A stretch of DNA of 62,526 bases, counting the filler, from Choristocarpus tenellus KU-1152 (Eukaryota; Protista; Phaeophyceae), in the NCBI GenBank assembly GCA_964200185.2. It is 11 parts of 11 records of this genome, joined end to end, with 100 filler letters (N's around TTAATTAATTAA, not from the genome) between each part and the next. Parts side by side here need not be neighbours in the genome. Positions count along the whole stretch, not along the records: positions 1 to 9,777 come from CAXNAD020003399.1; positions 9,878 to 12,574 come from CAXNAD020025561.1; 9 more parts are not named here. One strand, given 5' to 3'. The notes below the pieces were generated by a model that had not been told where the DNA came from, searched no databases, and saw only the letters and a program-made list of their open reading frames with translations. Made by a program: the position numbers and the translations under genes. Positions 1-11,399 of the stretch are shown here, piece by piece (position 1 is the stretch's first letter; every line of letters starts with the position of its first letter).

Positions 1-19
1 CCCCCAGGTACTTTGAGCC
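1..19. mobile_element. Terminal fragment of MITE family B (contig starts inside it)
   Basis: CCCCCAGGTACTTTGAGCC is the reverse complement of the GGCTCAAAGTATCTGGGGG terminus at 14022 (one mismatch). Confidence 0.6.
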
Positions 20-309
20 TGGTTCTTTGCTCTAACATAGATTTTTTTCTCATCAAATCCCCTTCCTTGCCAATCTCAGTGCAATGACCAGGTAGATATC
101 TACCCCATATATATATACAAATACTAAGAAGCATACATGTACCTATACACCACTATGCCTTGAGAAGAAGTGTACTCATGAACCCGCGAGTACTTCCAAA
201 CCATTGGTTCATCATATTCCCATCCACAGTTGCAGAAATCTTGTACTCCTCCATTTCAGGTCACACCACCCATCCAAAACCCTATCCTGAAGAACAAAAC
301 ACTTCTCAC

Positions 310-3300
310 CTCAAGCCCCGTGACAAGTAAATCCTCCGCCTTCCTCACACTGTGCAAAACTATTGTTTCCCATCCTTGCCAGGCACAAAGAGTATTCATA
401 GCTAAAGGTCGTCCATCTTTTGCTTTGCTTGTCCAGTCATCTTGTTCCATTACACCTTGCCCCTCCCCCTGGACAATTTCAATCCCAACTGCTCCGCTTG
501 AAATTCTCTCGAGGGATGAAGTCCGCCGATTTGATCCACCTCCCCGAACATTGAGATATGGGTCACCTATGGATTCCTCTGTGGCAAGCTCAATAACTTC
601 CAGGTGCAGTTTTCCCAGCACCAATACAAACTCGGTCTCTTCAGGGACTCCTTCTGGTGGTGAGACCTGGCCACTCAAGACTCCTTCCAGGTCACCGTTG
701 ACATCGCCACGACTGCACCCAGTCCCTGTGGAGTTGCTCCTAGCGGTCGACAGGGTGCAGTCGTGAGAAATATGACAGCTTTCTGCATCTTCCTTCTTGG
801 CCAGAGGACGTTTCCCCTCCGAACCTTCCCCCTTCACAAGTTCACCCATCTTTTTCGTGGTCTCATCCCTCTTCCACAGAACCCGTTCATCACCATCTCC
901 CCGGTCTTCGTCCTTCCAAAGTTTACTCTCTCGCCCTGCACAAGTCGAAAATCTTCCGCTCACGCCATCATTGCCCTGCGACTTCGTTGCCCCTGCCCAG
1001 GGTACACCCCAGTTTGACAGGGCCTGAAGTATCCTGCTGCTAACCTCATCCTCCGCAGGCCAACATCCAGAAGCCAGCTTGGAAAAAACAGTTGCCACCT
1101 CGATGCTGTCTTCCCAACCGTCTCTCTCCTGGTCTTTTCCCATTCCGCCCTTGGGGGCACAACATTGAAGGCGTGTGGCCACCTGCACCTCAAACGCCCC
1201 AAATCGACCGGAGAAGGAACTTACACTGAGGAGAAGGGGTGGTACGGAGCCGGACCTCTGTGTCTGCTCAAGCACTCCTGCAGCCTGGGCGGCTTGAGTG
1301 ATGCACGTTTTCACTGATGCCCGCGTGGATGATGCTTGTTCGCTTGTACAATGTGCATGGGTTTTGAGTCGAAGCAACAAGGACGGGGGATGTTAAAGCA
1401 GTTTTGGATGGAGTTATTTTTTTGTTGACTTTGCTTTGAAGATGAAGTTCGAAAAAGATGGTCAATGAAAGACAACTTGCTTCTGGACACTGTGAACACT
1501 TGAAACAGTCAAAACGTACTCCACATGTGTGGACTCTGCACTTGAAAAAAATATGTCACCATAAAGACAGAGAGACACTTGAAAATCTGGGGCATCTCCC
1601 TGTCAGTTAGTTACCTTGGCTCATATGTCTATCAACCCGTGGGGCACTGTTCAGGAGTAGAGACAATGGTTTCAGCATGTAAACGCCTGTTGCGTACTAG
1701 AGGGGGAGTCAGATGTCTATTTCATCCTTGGTGACCCTCTAGTGATTTTCCTTGTCATTTGACTGAACGTGTCGTCAGATGTAAAGGCAATTTCCTTCAC
1801 CTGGACTTACATTAATTTTCTATCCCACTGCCTGGACCAAATCTGAACAACAATCACCTGCAACAAAGGCATCAAACTGGGGTGTTTTAAAGCACTCCAT
1901 CAAGCCTCAAATGGACAACCTGAGGTAGACACCCCCCCCTCCTATAGGATACTTTGTCCTTACAAACCGTCAGCACAATAAGAAAAGACCACTTATTTTC
2001 TAGTTTTTACGATACTAGTTTGAATCGTTTCCAAGGATTACTATCACTTTCATAACCAAAATCAGGTAGTGTACTTTATCGACATAGAGACTCCCTTTTG
2101 TGGAGTCCAACGTCCCCGGATTTGTTGTTATCACCAACATCGTTATTTTTACTACACTTGTAAGTATTGATGCAAATATTTTGTATTGATGTCTCTCCTT
2201 TGGCTTCAACGTGCCTGTATTTGGTTTGGTTTCATCTCTCCTCTCCAAACCTTCTGAGTTGAATCATTGTGGTCTTTGGTGTACTGTACCAGGTGAGTTC
2301 CTGTTTACCACACCTCAGAACACCCATGTCAGCGGTCTACTGAGGAGAGTAAGGAGATGGCAGGGAAAAGACCTCACAGCCTACTTCCCTCCATCGATCA
2401 ATACTTCCACTTCTCTTCCGCATCACACATTCGGTCCTTGCCAAGTGTATCCAAGTACATGATTCATTGCACAGAATGAATAACCTAGTAGACTCCCCAG
2501 TGTACATCAATACTGTAAGTGCAGGAAAAAAGAAGATATCCATTTAGGGTCACCTGTTACTTACTGAGATCCCACCTGAACCGATGGAGATCCCATTGCA
2601 ACTAATTGTAAACGAGCATCAGGGTCTCTTTCTCCTTTCCCAATGGCTCTAGTGTAGTAAATCCTGCAACAGCTCAACGTCCTACAGTCCTCTACTTTAG
2701 ACCCATAGTGTCTTGGGGGCGGGGTTCAAGTGTCCGCTCGGGGCCTGTGCGACCCTGTGGATATTTTCATGTCACATGAGCTGAACATGTCAGATGTAAA
2801 GGTAACTCCCTTCATCTGAATGCATCTCCCATTCCTATACCCCTACCTGAACCAAAGAGTCGAAGTATCTTAGAGGGTAGAGCCACATCCATTTGGGGGC
2901 CACAACCCAATGTTACGATTTTTTTAAATGTAATTTTGGCTATGGTGTTTGTTAGGAAGTGTCAATATCCTTGTTCCGGACACACCTTTTCATAACGTAT
3001 ACTTTTTACCTACTCCGATATATTTTGGTGTAGGAAAAAAACATGGGGAGCCATGCTCCAAATGGACAAACAGGGGAAAACTCCTACCCTACAAGTTACT
3101 TTACTTACCCAAATTCGAAGGAAAATTGCCCTTACAATGGCCATTAAACCGGGGTATATTTTCCATCAACCCATCAAGCTCCAAATGGACAAACTGGGCA
3201 AATCACTCCCCCCTATAGGATACTATGGCCCTTATGTACTTACTATGTAGTTGTGGAGTTCCCCCCCCTGCCATGCTTACTGCCTTTTCTTTCCCAAACC

Positions 3301-6300
3301 AATCAAAACAATTCCGTGGCACATTCCTGGTTGGTTGTTGTGAGAGTTAAGAGCCCAGCCAGAGCCTGATACTGTAGACTGTAAAGAAACAGTAGTACCA
3401 TTTCGTTCATTCCGTCTACAAAAATCGTACCTCACCAGTCCCTAAGTTTCCATCGGCTTTTGGGGTCACAGTTGCCACCTAAGTTAGAAGGCTGCTCAAA
3501 ACATTTCACCACTATCACCGGATTGACTCTCTGTCAAAGAGCCCGCAGAAAAAAATCTTGGAGTCATACTGACCAAGAGGTATGCACGATTGGTGCTCCA
3601 TTGGGTTGTAAGGATTCCCAGAATTGATTTTAAATATTAATAGAGTGTTCTTGTTTGAGATGGAAAAGGCCTTCGCTCAATTGTGATGATATTTCTTGAT
3701 AACCCTCTCCTATGCTGTGACACCTTTGGTTTAGGATAAACCTAACCCGAGGCCTTCTATTTTGCACAGTCTGTGAAACATGAAAAATGGGATGGATGCA
3801 TTTAGCAGGACGTAAAAAAGGTGGAATATTTCAAAGACAGCAAAGATGTTCCGTAATATGTCTCTTGCTAGTACCATGGGTATAAAATTTCTGCTGCGAG
3901 TAAAACTAATTTAACAGTTACCACGGCATGGCAGCAACAGCAACAGTGTCTTCCTTCTGCTTGATCTCTTTACGCCATTGATAACCCTTGTCCCAAATCA
4001 CCCTCACTCACAGGTAGGCCTCCGGGTCACGGTAACTTCCTGGCATCCCATGCTGAGAGCTAACTGCGCAGTATTCCACACTGACTGCAATCCCTCCTGG
4101 GAGAAGAGCATTGTATTCCTCACGAAATATAGGCGGTGGTAAGGAGACTGGGGGTTGTGGCAGAGAGTCAGGATCTTGTACCTGCAGATAGAGCCAGTGT
4201 ACAAATAGGCAAGGGCTCAAAGTCTCTGGGGGGGGAGTAGTGGCTGTCCATTTGGGTTCAACTTTTTTAAGTCGCGATTTTTGGGTGTTTTGGTTGCATA
4301 TGAGGGATGGACGATGAATGTGCACTTTTCCTGGTCATGGGTCAAATGGACACCCTGTGTAGACCCCTTCCCCCCCCTAGATACTCTGGGTCAAGGTGAG
4401 GTGGAGATTAAAGGGATTGATTACAATTGGAGTGTCAAGACCTGGACATACCACCGTTCCTCCCAGGCAAGCAAGACTTGGGAAGGTCTAGCGCCTCAAT
4501 TGTGTAGGTGAATATCAATATCTTGACACTTGAGGGTGTGTAATGGGTACCAAGATTCAGGTTGGGGTATAGGCAAAATTCAGTGCAGCATAACAATTTA
4601 ATACCACCACTATCGTGTTCTTATTCTGTTTTAGTTTTTTCATACATGTCATGTCTTCTATACACCTGCATGAACTTGTGTGGAAGAGGTCAAAGAGGAG
4701 AGAGGTATGAACAATGATGGACTTCACCTCTAGAACTATGCCTGAGGAGGGTATCGTAGGGCTTGTTTTATACACTTCTCAGTCTTACCTGAAACTTGAT
4801 GTTGGGAATAGAGGTTGTGGGAATAAAGTCTCCCCCCTTGAGAAATTCACAAGAAACAGTTGATGCCGTCAATATGTAACATACATGAACTCATGTGTAG
4901 CCTTTCTACACACAACAAAACTATTGCTCCTGACATCTTCTTATCAACCACAGTGAAAACAGCATCTCACTACTTGGATCAAAATTCTACTGTCCTGATG
5001 ACCGCTGTGCACTATTCAACTGTGAATAGTAAGGGTTCCGAGGCCAAACATATTGAGCTACAATGCACGGATAACGTGTCATATATTGGGACGTATATAT
5101 CATACAGGGCACTCTCTATGATATATAACAAAATGTGAGAAATTGTCAACAAAATATTTCTCCATGTCAGGAAGGGTTCACACCAAATTAGGTGCAATAC
5201 TCTATGATTCAAGGAGAAATGCGCCCCAAGGTGACACATACCAATGCAAAGCCCTACCAGGAAATGCCTTCAGGTGAAACTGTTGTATTCCTTGAAGGAA
5301 ATATTTGGTGGTGTTTGGTGAGAGAACGTAAAACCAATCTGATTTGAACTGACATAGTCCAAAGCATACCAAATTATATATCCCTTCATCATGTTGTCTA
5401 TGCATGAGGTTCCCTACTCACCTTCTGATGCTGCCACCGACCTACACTAGGATCCTTCTCTCCAGACATTCCTTCCAAAGGGAACTTGCCTTCCTGGCCG
5501 ATAATACCTTGTTGACCTTTGGTGTGAAAGTATTGAACACCCCTCCTGACGGACAGGGTAGGGTATTCCATTGGAGCACTAGTCAAACCCTCTGGACTAC
5601 CTACCCCCTTGCCAAACACTTCAGTGGGATATTTACATCCCCATTCCAAGCCTCTGTAAGGGTCTCTTCTGCTCCAATTCGAGTTCCTCCACCTTTGCTT
5701 GTCCAAAGTCACAGCAGAAGCAGCTACCCGCCTACCAGTCATCAAGTCCCACACGAGAGGGTGTCGCAACTTGCTTCTGCCATTGCAAGAGGTGTCCTTG
5801 CAATTCACACGTTTATTGGTGGGGAGACGAGGACACGCAGATACAGGTCTTACAGCTGCCACCCTGGTTTCGTTGAGTTGTCCATCATTCATTTTGCGTA
5901 TACACTTGTCGCCAACGGAGGAGGACAACGTCGCTGCCGCACTTGATGGTCGTACCCTTTCTTCAACTGTCATTCCAGCGTTACCACTACCACTTACAAA
6001 ATTAAATTCATTTCCACTCATACCAACGATCTTTTCTCTTGCATGGGATTGACTGTGGGGGTGCCCTGTGTTATCAAAGTGGGCAGGCCTGCCACTTCCT
6101 CCCGTCGATCGGGCAGGTACGTATTCAATCCTGCCATCTGTATTGTCTTCTTCAACTTTGTCAGCACAGACATGTCCAATCTTCTTGTGATGGGACGACG
6201 ATTCGGTGCTAGGTATCGTGAACCCTAGGTACTCCTCTATTACTTTTCCGGGCTCGACCTTCCAGTCACGAGGCTCTCTATCACTGGCTCTTGGACCCAC

Positions 6301-6798
6301 AGGAGTCAAGAGTTGGGTATTTTTGTCCATATTTATTTTGGGGGTATCCACCCTTTTCTCACCATCTTTTATGCTTTCTGTGTGACACGATCGGGGTTTG
6401 CAACGGCAGGTCTGGTCGCGGGGATGCCGGCGGCGGCAGGCTGGGCGAGTCGAGGTGACGTTGCGCCGAAGTTGTTGCTGTCTAGGTCGAGGGGCGCCCA
6501 GAACGGGTGATAGTAGTCCAATTCTTCCGTGATATCGTGAATTGATGTAGTACTGCAGAGGTTCAGGGAAAGTATCACGCCCTAGAAGATCTGCGACTAC
6601 CCCGAGATGAGCTCGCCGCTTCACAATGTCTGTTCCATTCGGGAGCAGAACAGGAGAGGTCTTGAAGGTAGGAGCGGAGGAAGGTCGCCTCCGTGCCCTT
6701 TGTTGCAAATGATCCTGTTTTGTGTTGGCCTTGTCAAACATGTGAGAGCTACATGTCTGCCATATCTTGATCCCAGTGCAGGCGGATGGAGCTGCCAT
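310..6798 (-). CDS. Multi-exon gene of unknown function (3' end lies outside the window); last visible exon has a weakly C2-domain-like segment
   Basis: Exon 1 6798-5422 (459 codons, donor AAG|GTGAGT); exon 2 4836-4789 (GGDFIPTTSIPNIKFQ, donor CAG|GTAAG, phase 0-0); exon 3 4181-4012 (acceptor CTGCAG|, VQDPDSLP...EAYL, donor |GTGAGT); probable further small exons near 3530-3437 and 2515-2390; large exon about 1345-310 (donor GAG|GTGAGA) with LHLEVIE...DPYL...WETIVL. Exons 1-3 are phase-compatible; later joins are uncertain. Confidence 0.6.
1695..1960. mobile_element. MITE family C, degenerate copy (acts as the empty site for the insertion at 2857)
   Basis: Aligns with 2750-2856 plus 3111-3231 (GTCAGATGTAAAGG; CCATCAAGC..CAAATGGACAA; CCTATAGGATACT). 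Confidence 0.6.
2700..3231. mobile_element. MITE family C with TTA target duplication, carrying a nested family A copy
   Basis: Ends GACCCATAGTGTCTTGGGGG and CCCCCTATAGGATACTATGGCCC, flanked by TTA on both sides. Confidence 0.65.
2857..3110. mobile_element. MITE family A (about 250 bp) nested in family C, AAA target duplication
   Basis: TIRs GAGTCGAAGTATCTTAGAGGGTAG and CTACCCTACAAGTTACTT; AAA on both sides; the uninterrupted paralog reads ACCAAAT at about 1836. Confidence 0.75.
4214..4392. mobile_element. MITE family B (about 175 bp), AAG target duplication
   Basis: GGCTCAAAGTCTCTGGGGGG ... CCCCCCTAGATACTCTGGGTC flanked by AAG/AAG; body matches 9566-9742 and 14022-14198. Confidence 0.8.
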
Positions 6799-7549
6799 GG
6801 CTGCTACCTCGTTGCGGCGATGTAGAGGATATACGGCGGGGAGTAATAAGGATGAGAAGGAGTTCCTTGTGTCTGTGAGGGCTCTCCGGAGATCATTTTA
6901 AAGGGAAGGGTATAGTTGTACCTTTGAGATCAGGTGTGTACTGTTCATGGTGTCCTCAACCTGCAATAATAATCGTCCGTCAACACCCATCTGTGCCACC
7001 CTTCTTCCCTCATCCAAACTGACAGATGGATATCACTGGAATCATTCAAAAAGGTGTTCTCGTTCAGGAGTACAAAGGCGTAGATTCATCGGTAACGAAG
7101 GGAATCGTTTCGCTACTACAACAAGTGTTGTGACCAGCCCATCAATTCAAAAGCTATGAATATGAAGTGTTAATGAGATGAACTACTTTTATGGATTAAA
7201 ATTTACCATTACTGTACTTGATCTGATCAATTTCCAAATTTATCCTAATTTTAGTATAAACTCCTCAAGTCTAATGTCATGATCTACGATCTACGATTAG
7301 AAACAAGACAGAGATAATTAACATTCAGTATGCAACTCAAAACACCTCCAAACATTGTGTAGTAAAGAGAAAGGTACAACTCTCTGACTGTTGTATTTCA
7401 AGTATTTGTTTTACTGGATATGCTCTGGGTGTATCCATTTGTGACAATAAGACCTTCTGTCGGGTCGATCTGAGCCTCCTATAGTTGACCGCAACACAAG
7501 GAGGTGGGGATTGCCTGGGCCTCAACGGTTCCTCTTTGTTGACTTTTCC

Positions 7550-8280
7550 ATGATGAGGGTACCCATATGTCTCGTCAAGGCGAAAAATTGCTTCGTCAAC
7601 CTCCCCCCAAAAGCTGCTAGGACCTTTGGTGCAGCGTCTGAGGTATGCACGTTTCGTGGCAGATTGTGCCTTGATGACTGACTGGAACCTTGCATCTTTG
7701 CGAGCTTGCCCTTACAACCCCTGCTGCAAGACAAGGATAGGTCTTGCTCATTTTCACCTCTAGACAGTTCTAACTTTGTAGCTGTCAACCCGCGCTGGAT
7801 AATTGTTCCCTTTACTTCCTCATGATCAGAGCGAAACATCGTTTGCTGTCTTGCAGTCGGTCTCTACTGTGCCGTCATCTATTCGAGAGCTCAAGACGGG
7901 TCCTTACATTGAGATACTCGTATATAGAACAAGGAAGAGCGAACAGTTCAACCCCCTCCCCGTCAAGCATATCTACTATCGGTGTTGTGGGGTAGACACA
8001 AACACACAAACACACAAACACACAAACACACACACACACACACAAATAGACACACCATATTGTATCTATGTTGCACAGAACCTGATGCCATGTCTGTGGA
8101 CGCCATCGCAGAGTGCAAAATGAAAAGTTCGTTAATGTGGCCTCTTCCCCTCTTCCCCTCTTCGCTATTTCAGGGCTCAGTTGTGCTCAAACTATCGTGG
8201 GAAGCTCCAGAAGGGGTTGGGTACGGTCTAAGGTCTCATGCTTACGTCTCTTGGAACCAGGGACTGAGTGAACCAGGCAG
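7550..8280 (+). CDS. PEX1: Probable peroxisome biogenesis factor 1, first two exons (5' part only)
   Basis: Exon 7550-7642 MMRVPICLVKAKNCFVNLPPKAARTFGAASE (donor GAG|GTATGC); exon 8174-8280 after a pyrimidine tract and TTTCAG: GSVVLKLSWEAPEGVGYGLRSHAYVSWNQGLSEPG. The (K)NCFVNLP and AYVSW motifs resemble the PEX1 N-terminal domain (DCFLHLP and AFLSW in the animal protein, from memory). Confidence 0.62.
7996..8044. repeat. (CA)n/ACACACAA microsatellite in the first PEX1 intron
   Basis: acacaaacacacaaacacacaaacacacaaacacacacacacacacaca. Confidence 0.9.
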
Positions 8281-9565
8281 GTAGGAAAGGAATCGAAGCA
8301 GAGGCTACAGCTGTTGCTGTCGAGGGATTTCCTTTTCCGTTGGGAGTAGGCTATTTTTTGAAGTTCAAGTTCGGTTTCTTTTGTGATTGACCCTTGGCAA
8401 GACCACAAAAGTGAGCATGCGTAGGAAACGTGGGTTAGGGAGCAGAAGCGAAGATGCAACCTTGCGCTCGAATGACAATTTGTGTCTACGAGTTAGGACT
8501 GTTTTATGTGTTTTGCATCAGTTTACAGTCTCAGATCAAGTTTTAAAAAAAGCAGCTCTCAAACCGCATCCTCCTTTTTCTTACCAGGCGACATTGCAGG
8601 ACAATTGGTTGAACCCACTTTCCCTTTCCCTTTTTAATGCAAGTGATGAGAAAGAATGAAGTATTTCCTGGGGGGATTGACAACTGGTTGAACGAAACGT
8701 CTGATGCTGAAACACTTCCGCTTTTTTTTAGTCCCAGGGGCCTGCGGCAGGAATGGAGATCCAATGCTACTCCTAATGAAGAAAAAAACATATTTATAGC
8801 AGGAACAGAGATCCGATGCTACTTCCCTAACAATCAATATGCTGCCATTCCCCCAAGTTTTGTCTTAGCTTTGCCCCCTCCCCTTGTGGCTCCCAACTCC
8901 AAACTATTATTCCTGCACTATAAACTACACCTCCATGCCAGGCATGTACCTTTTGCTTAGCTGCCTTCGCTAATGAAACGATAGCATGCAACAGCTTTTT
9001 TTTTCTACAGCAGTGCAGTTGCGTTTCTATATTTACGGAGGAGAAAAAAAGAAAAATGGACCTCAATTTTTTTTTTCCAATTGTTCTTCACAATATCAAT
9101 CGCGTAATCGGCGTTTTTGTCTGCTTCTAAATTTCACCCTCAGAAGACTCTGTGAAGGTACTTGCTTGCATGTACTTCTAAATTCGTCATTGTTTTTCTG
9201 TCCTGATTGCTTTGCTTTCCTCGGGGAATCGGCATCTCCAAACCGGCCCCCCTTCTAGAATGGTAGGCAAGCGCTTGCCTCTCTACCAACGCGCCATTCG
9301 TTCAAAAACTTTATAGTTTAATCGAATGCCTTTGATTGGTGGATGGGATATGCCCATTTAGAGACGTTCGCACGCAACCTTTTTTTGTTTTGTTTTGTTT
9401 TGTTTATTCATTTTTTTTTCCACTTGTCTCCTTTTATTTTATTTTATTTTATTTTATTTGTCTTTTTGTGACTGAAATGGGCGAACACATAGCTCGAATA
9501 GTGTAAGAAGTTCTTTCATCACCACCAGGCGTTTCCGGAACATTCTTGCTCGGCATGAAATGGAA

Positions 9566-9742
9566 CGATCAAAGTATCGGGGGGGGGCTGTCCATTTGGG
9601 GCAAAATTTTTCATGTTGTAATTTTTGGGTGATTTGGTTGCATATGTCGGATGGATAATGTAAGTGCACTTTTCCTGGTTATTGCCCAAAATGGACACCC
9701 TGGTGTAGACCCCCCCCCCCCCTCCTCCAGATACTTTGGGTC
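9566..9742. mobile_element. MITE family B copy
   Basis: ATCAAAGTATCGGGGGGGGG ... CCAGATACTTTGGGTC; same internal sequence as 14022-14198. Confidence 0.8.
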
Positions 9743-9777
9743 AGAAAAAAATCGTAGGTAAAGAATTTAGATTACGC

Positions 9778-9877
9778 NNNNNNNNNNNNNNNNNNNNNNN
9801 NNNNNNNNNNNNNNNNNNNNNTTAATTAATTAANNNNNNNNNNNNNNNNNNNNNNNNNNNNNNNNNNNNNNNNNNNN
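9778..9877. other. Artificial contig linker N44-TTAATTAATTAA-N44 (also 12575-12674, 15722-15821, 20187-20286, 27687-27786, 35850-35949, 39982-40081, 42935-43034, 50648-50747, 59103-59202)
   Basis: The identical 100-bp spacer with a six-frame stop cassette occurs ten times. Confidence 0.98.
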
Positions 9878-10405
9878 ATCTAGAGCTTCAATGTCATAAT
9901 GGTGTTTATGAAACCGCCATCAAGACATATCGCCTGTGACAGTTGAGATGAACCAATTCCAACCAAACGAGGATGCTCTTGCGAAGTTGAACTTGCAGTT
10001 TGTTGAACTATACAGTGTTGCTGCAACCAAACCAATGAAGATGCTGCGTTGAACTAGAGATTCGAACTACAGGAAATGTGAACTTATCTAGCTACTCAAC
10101 AATCCGCTTTGGGTGGCAAACCACTTTCACACTTAGAACTTGCCTCTTGCGATCTTGTCTTGAGTCTCGTTGTACAGGTCCGTCGCTCTTACAATCTTGT
10201 GTTTAATCTTGTGTAGTATCGCAGCCTATTAGTTCACTCAATCCATCAGATTCAGGAAAAGAGGTAAGGCTCATAACCTGTTAGAAATGTCTAGTAGATA
10301 GTCTGGATCTTGGTGTTTTCGAGTCTTCAAGAGAAATCAAGAGCTGTTGGTTGGTGTTCTTAGTATCTCTGTTATTAAGCTTGTAATGGTTCTTCATTTC
10401 TAACA
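9878..10405 (-). mobile_element. 5' end of a Ty1/copia element: 127-bp LTR (10279-10405), PBS and leader
   Basis: LTR bounded by the 11-bp inverted repeat TGTTAGAAATG...CATTTCTAACA; adjacent GGCTCATAACC is the reverse complement of GGTTATGAGCC, the copia-type half-tRNAiMet PBS, identical at 50567-50577. Confidence 0.75.
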
Positions 10406-11399
10406 GTCATATCAAACGATAATGTCATACATTGTATGTATAATTATTGTTGTACTTCAACGTCCACTCAAACAGTCATATAAAACAATACAGTGACATA
10501 CAACAATATATTCAATATATTTATTATTATTATGCCCTCTGACATTTTGCAGATGTGTCAGGGGGAAACCAATGAAAACTATATACATATGTGTATATAA
10601 ATGTCCTAAACATAAGAATACTATAAGATATATTCAATATATTATATGTAAGTTATCATTTTTCTTCGACCTAACTGATCTAAGCGTTACGTATTGTGAT
10701 TGTTCCAATACCCTGTATAATGCTACAGAACTAGGTCCGTGGCTTCTCTGTTTTTGCCTTGCGCTCTGGACCTTGGACATGGACTTTCTTGATCTCTTGC
10801 ACCTTGATTTTTGACATACATGGCGTCCCCATGGTCAAAATGAAATCTGTAGTACAACTGGCACCAACCACACCTGTCTGGTTCTCTTTTTCCCGTTCAG
10901 ATTTTTAGTGAAAAGCAAAACCAAACGGCAAAAAAAATACTGATCATAGTAAGAGTTGACCTTACTATATATATGGAACACACATCATTCGATTCAGGTT
11001 TCAACAGATTGGTCCACTGTATTGGTCGTTACTATCACCAGCTCATCATCACAACACCACAATACATTCGAAGCACACCATTAGAACAGTTGGTACACAT
11101 CATACACACATTCAAAACATGTGTGTGTATTGAGTTACATCAAACATCGACTCAGGTTATGTTGTTTCTTTATTTTATTTTTTTCCTGTGCCTCTTTTTA
11201 ACAGCGGAAGACTCTAATTGTATGTCAATTGTTGATTGTTATTTTTCTTGATTGACATTGTCCCCTATATAACACACCAAGGTCACTCTGCACTAGGTGT
11301 ACCTGATACACGCCTGAATGCGATATATTTAGAGTTAAAACATCCACAGAAACCCTTGTCCTTCAAGGTTACAAGCCTCTTTTTAGAGCATGATTTCTT

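Noticed and set aside
230-766. Plus-strand ORFs 230-766 and 5404-5946, and most short ORFs in the track
   Set aside because: Antisense shadows of real exons or chance ORFs in repeats and low-complexity DNA; no motifs or splice support.
7522-7839. 105-aa minus-strand ORF
   Set aside because: Overlaps the better-supported plus-strand PEX1-like exon and intron.
9778-9877. TTAATTAATTAA palindrome flanked by Ns, repeated ten times
   Set aside because: Artificial contig-joining linker. Adjacency across it has no biological meaning and ORFs running into it are artefacts.
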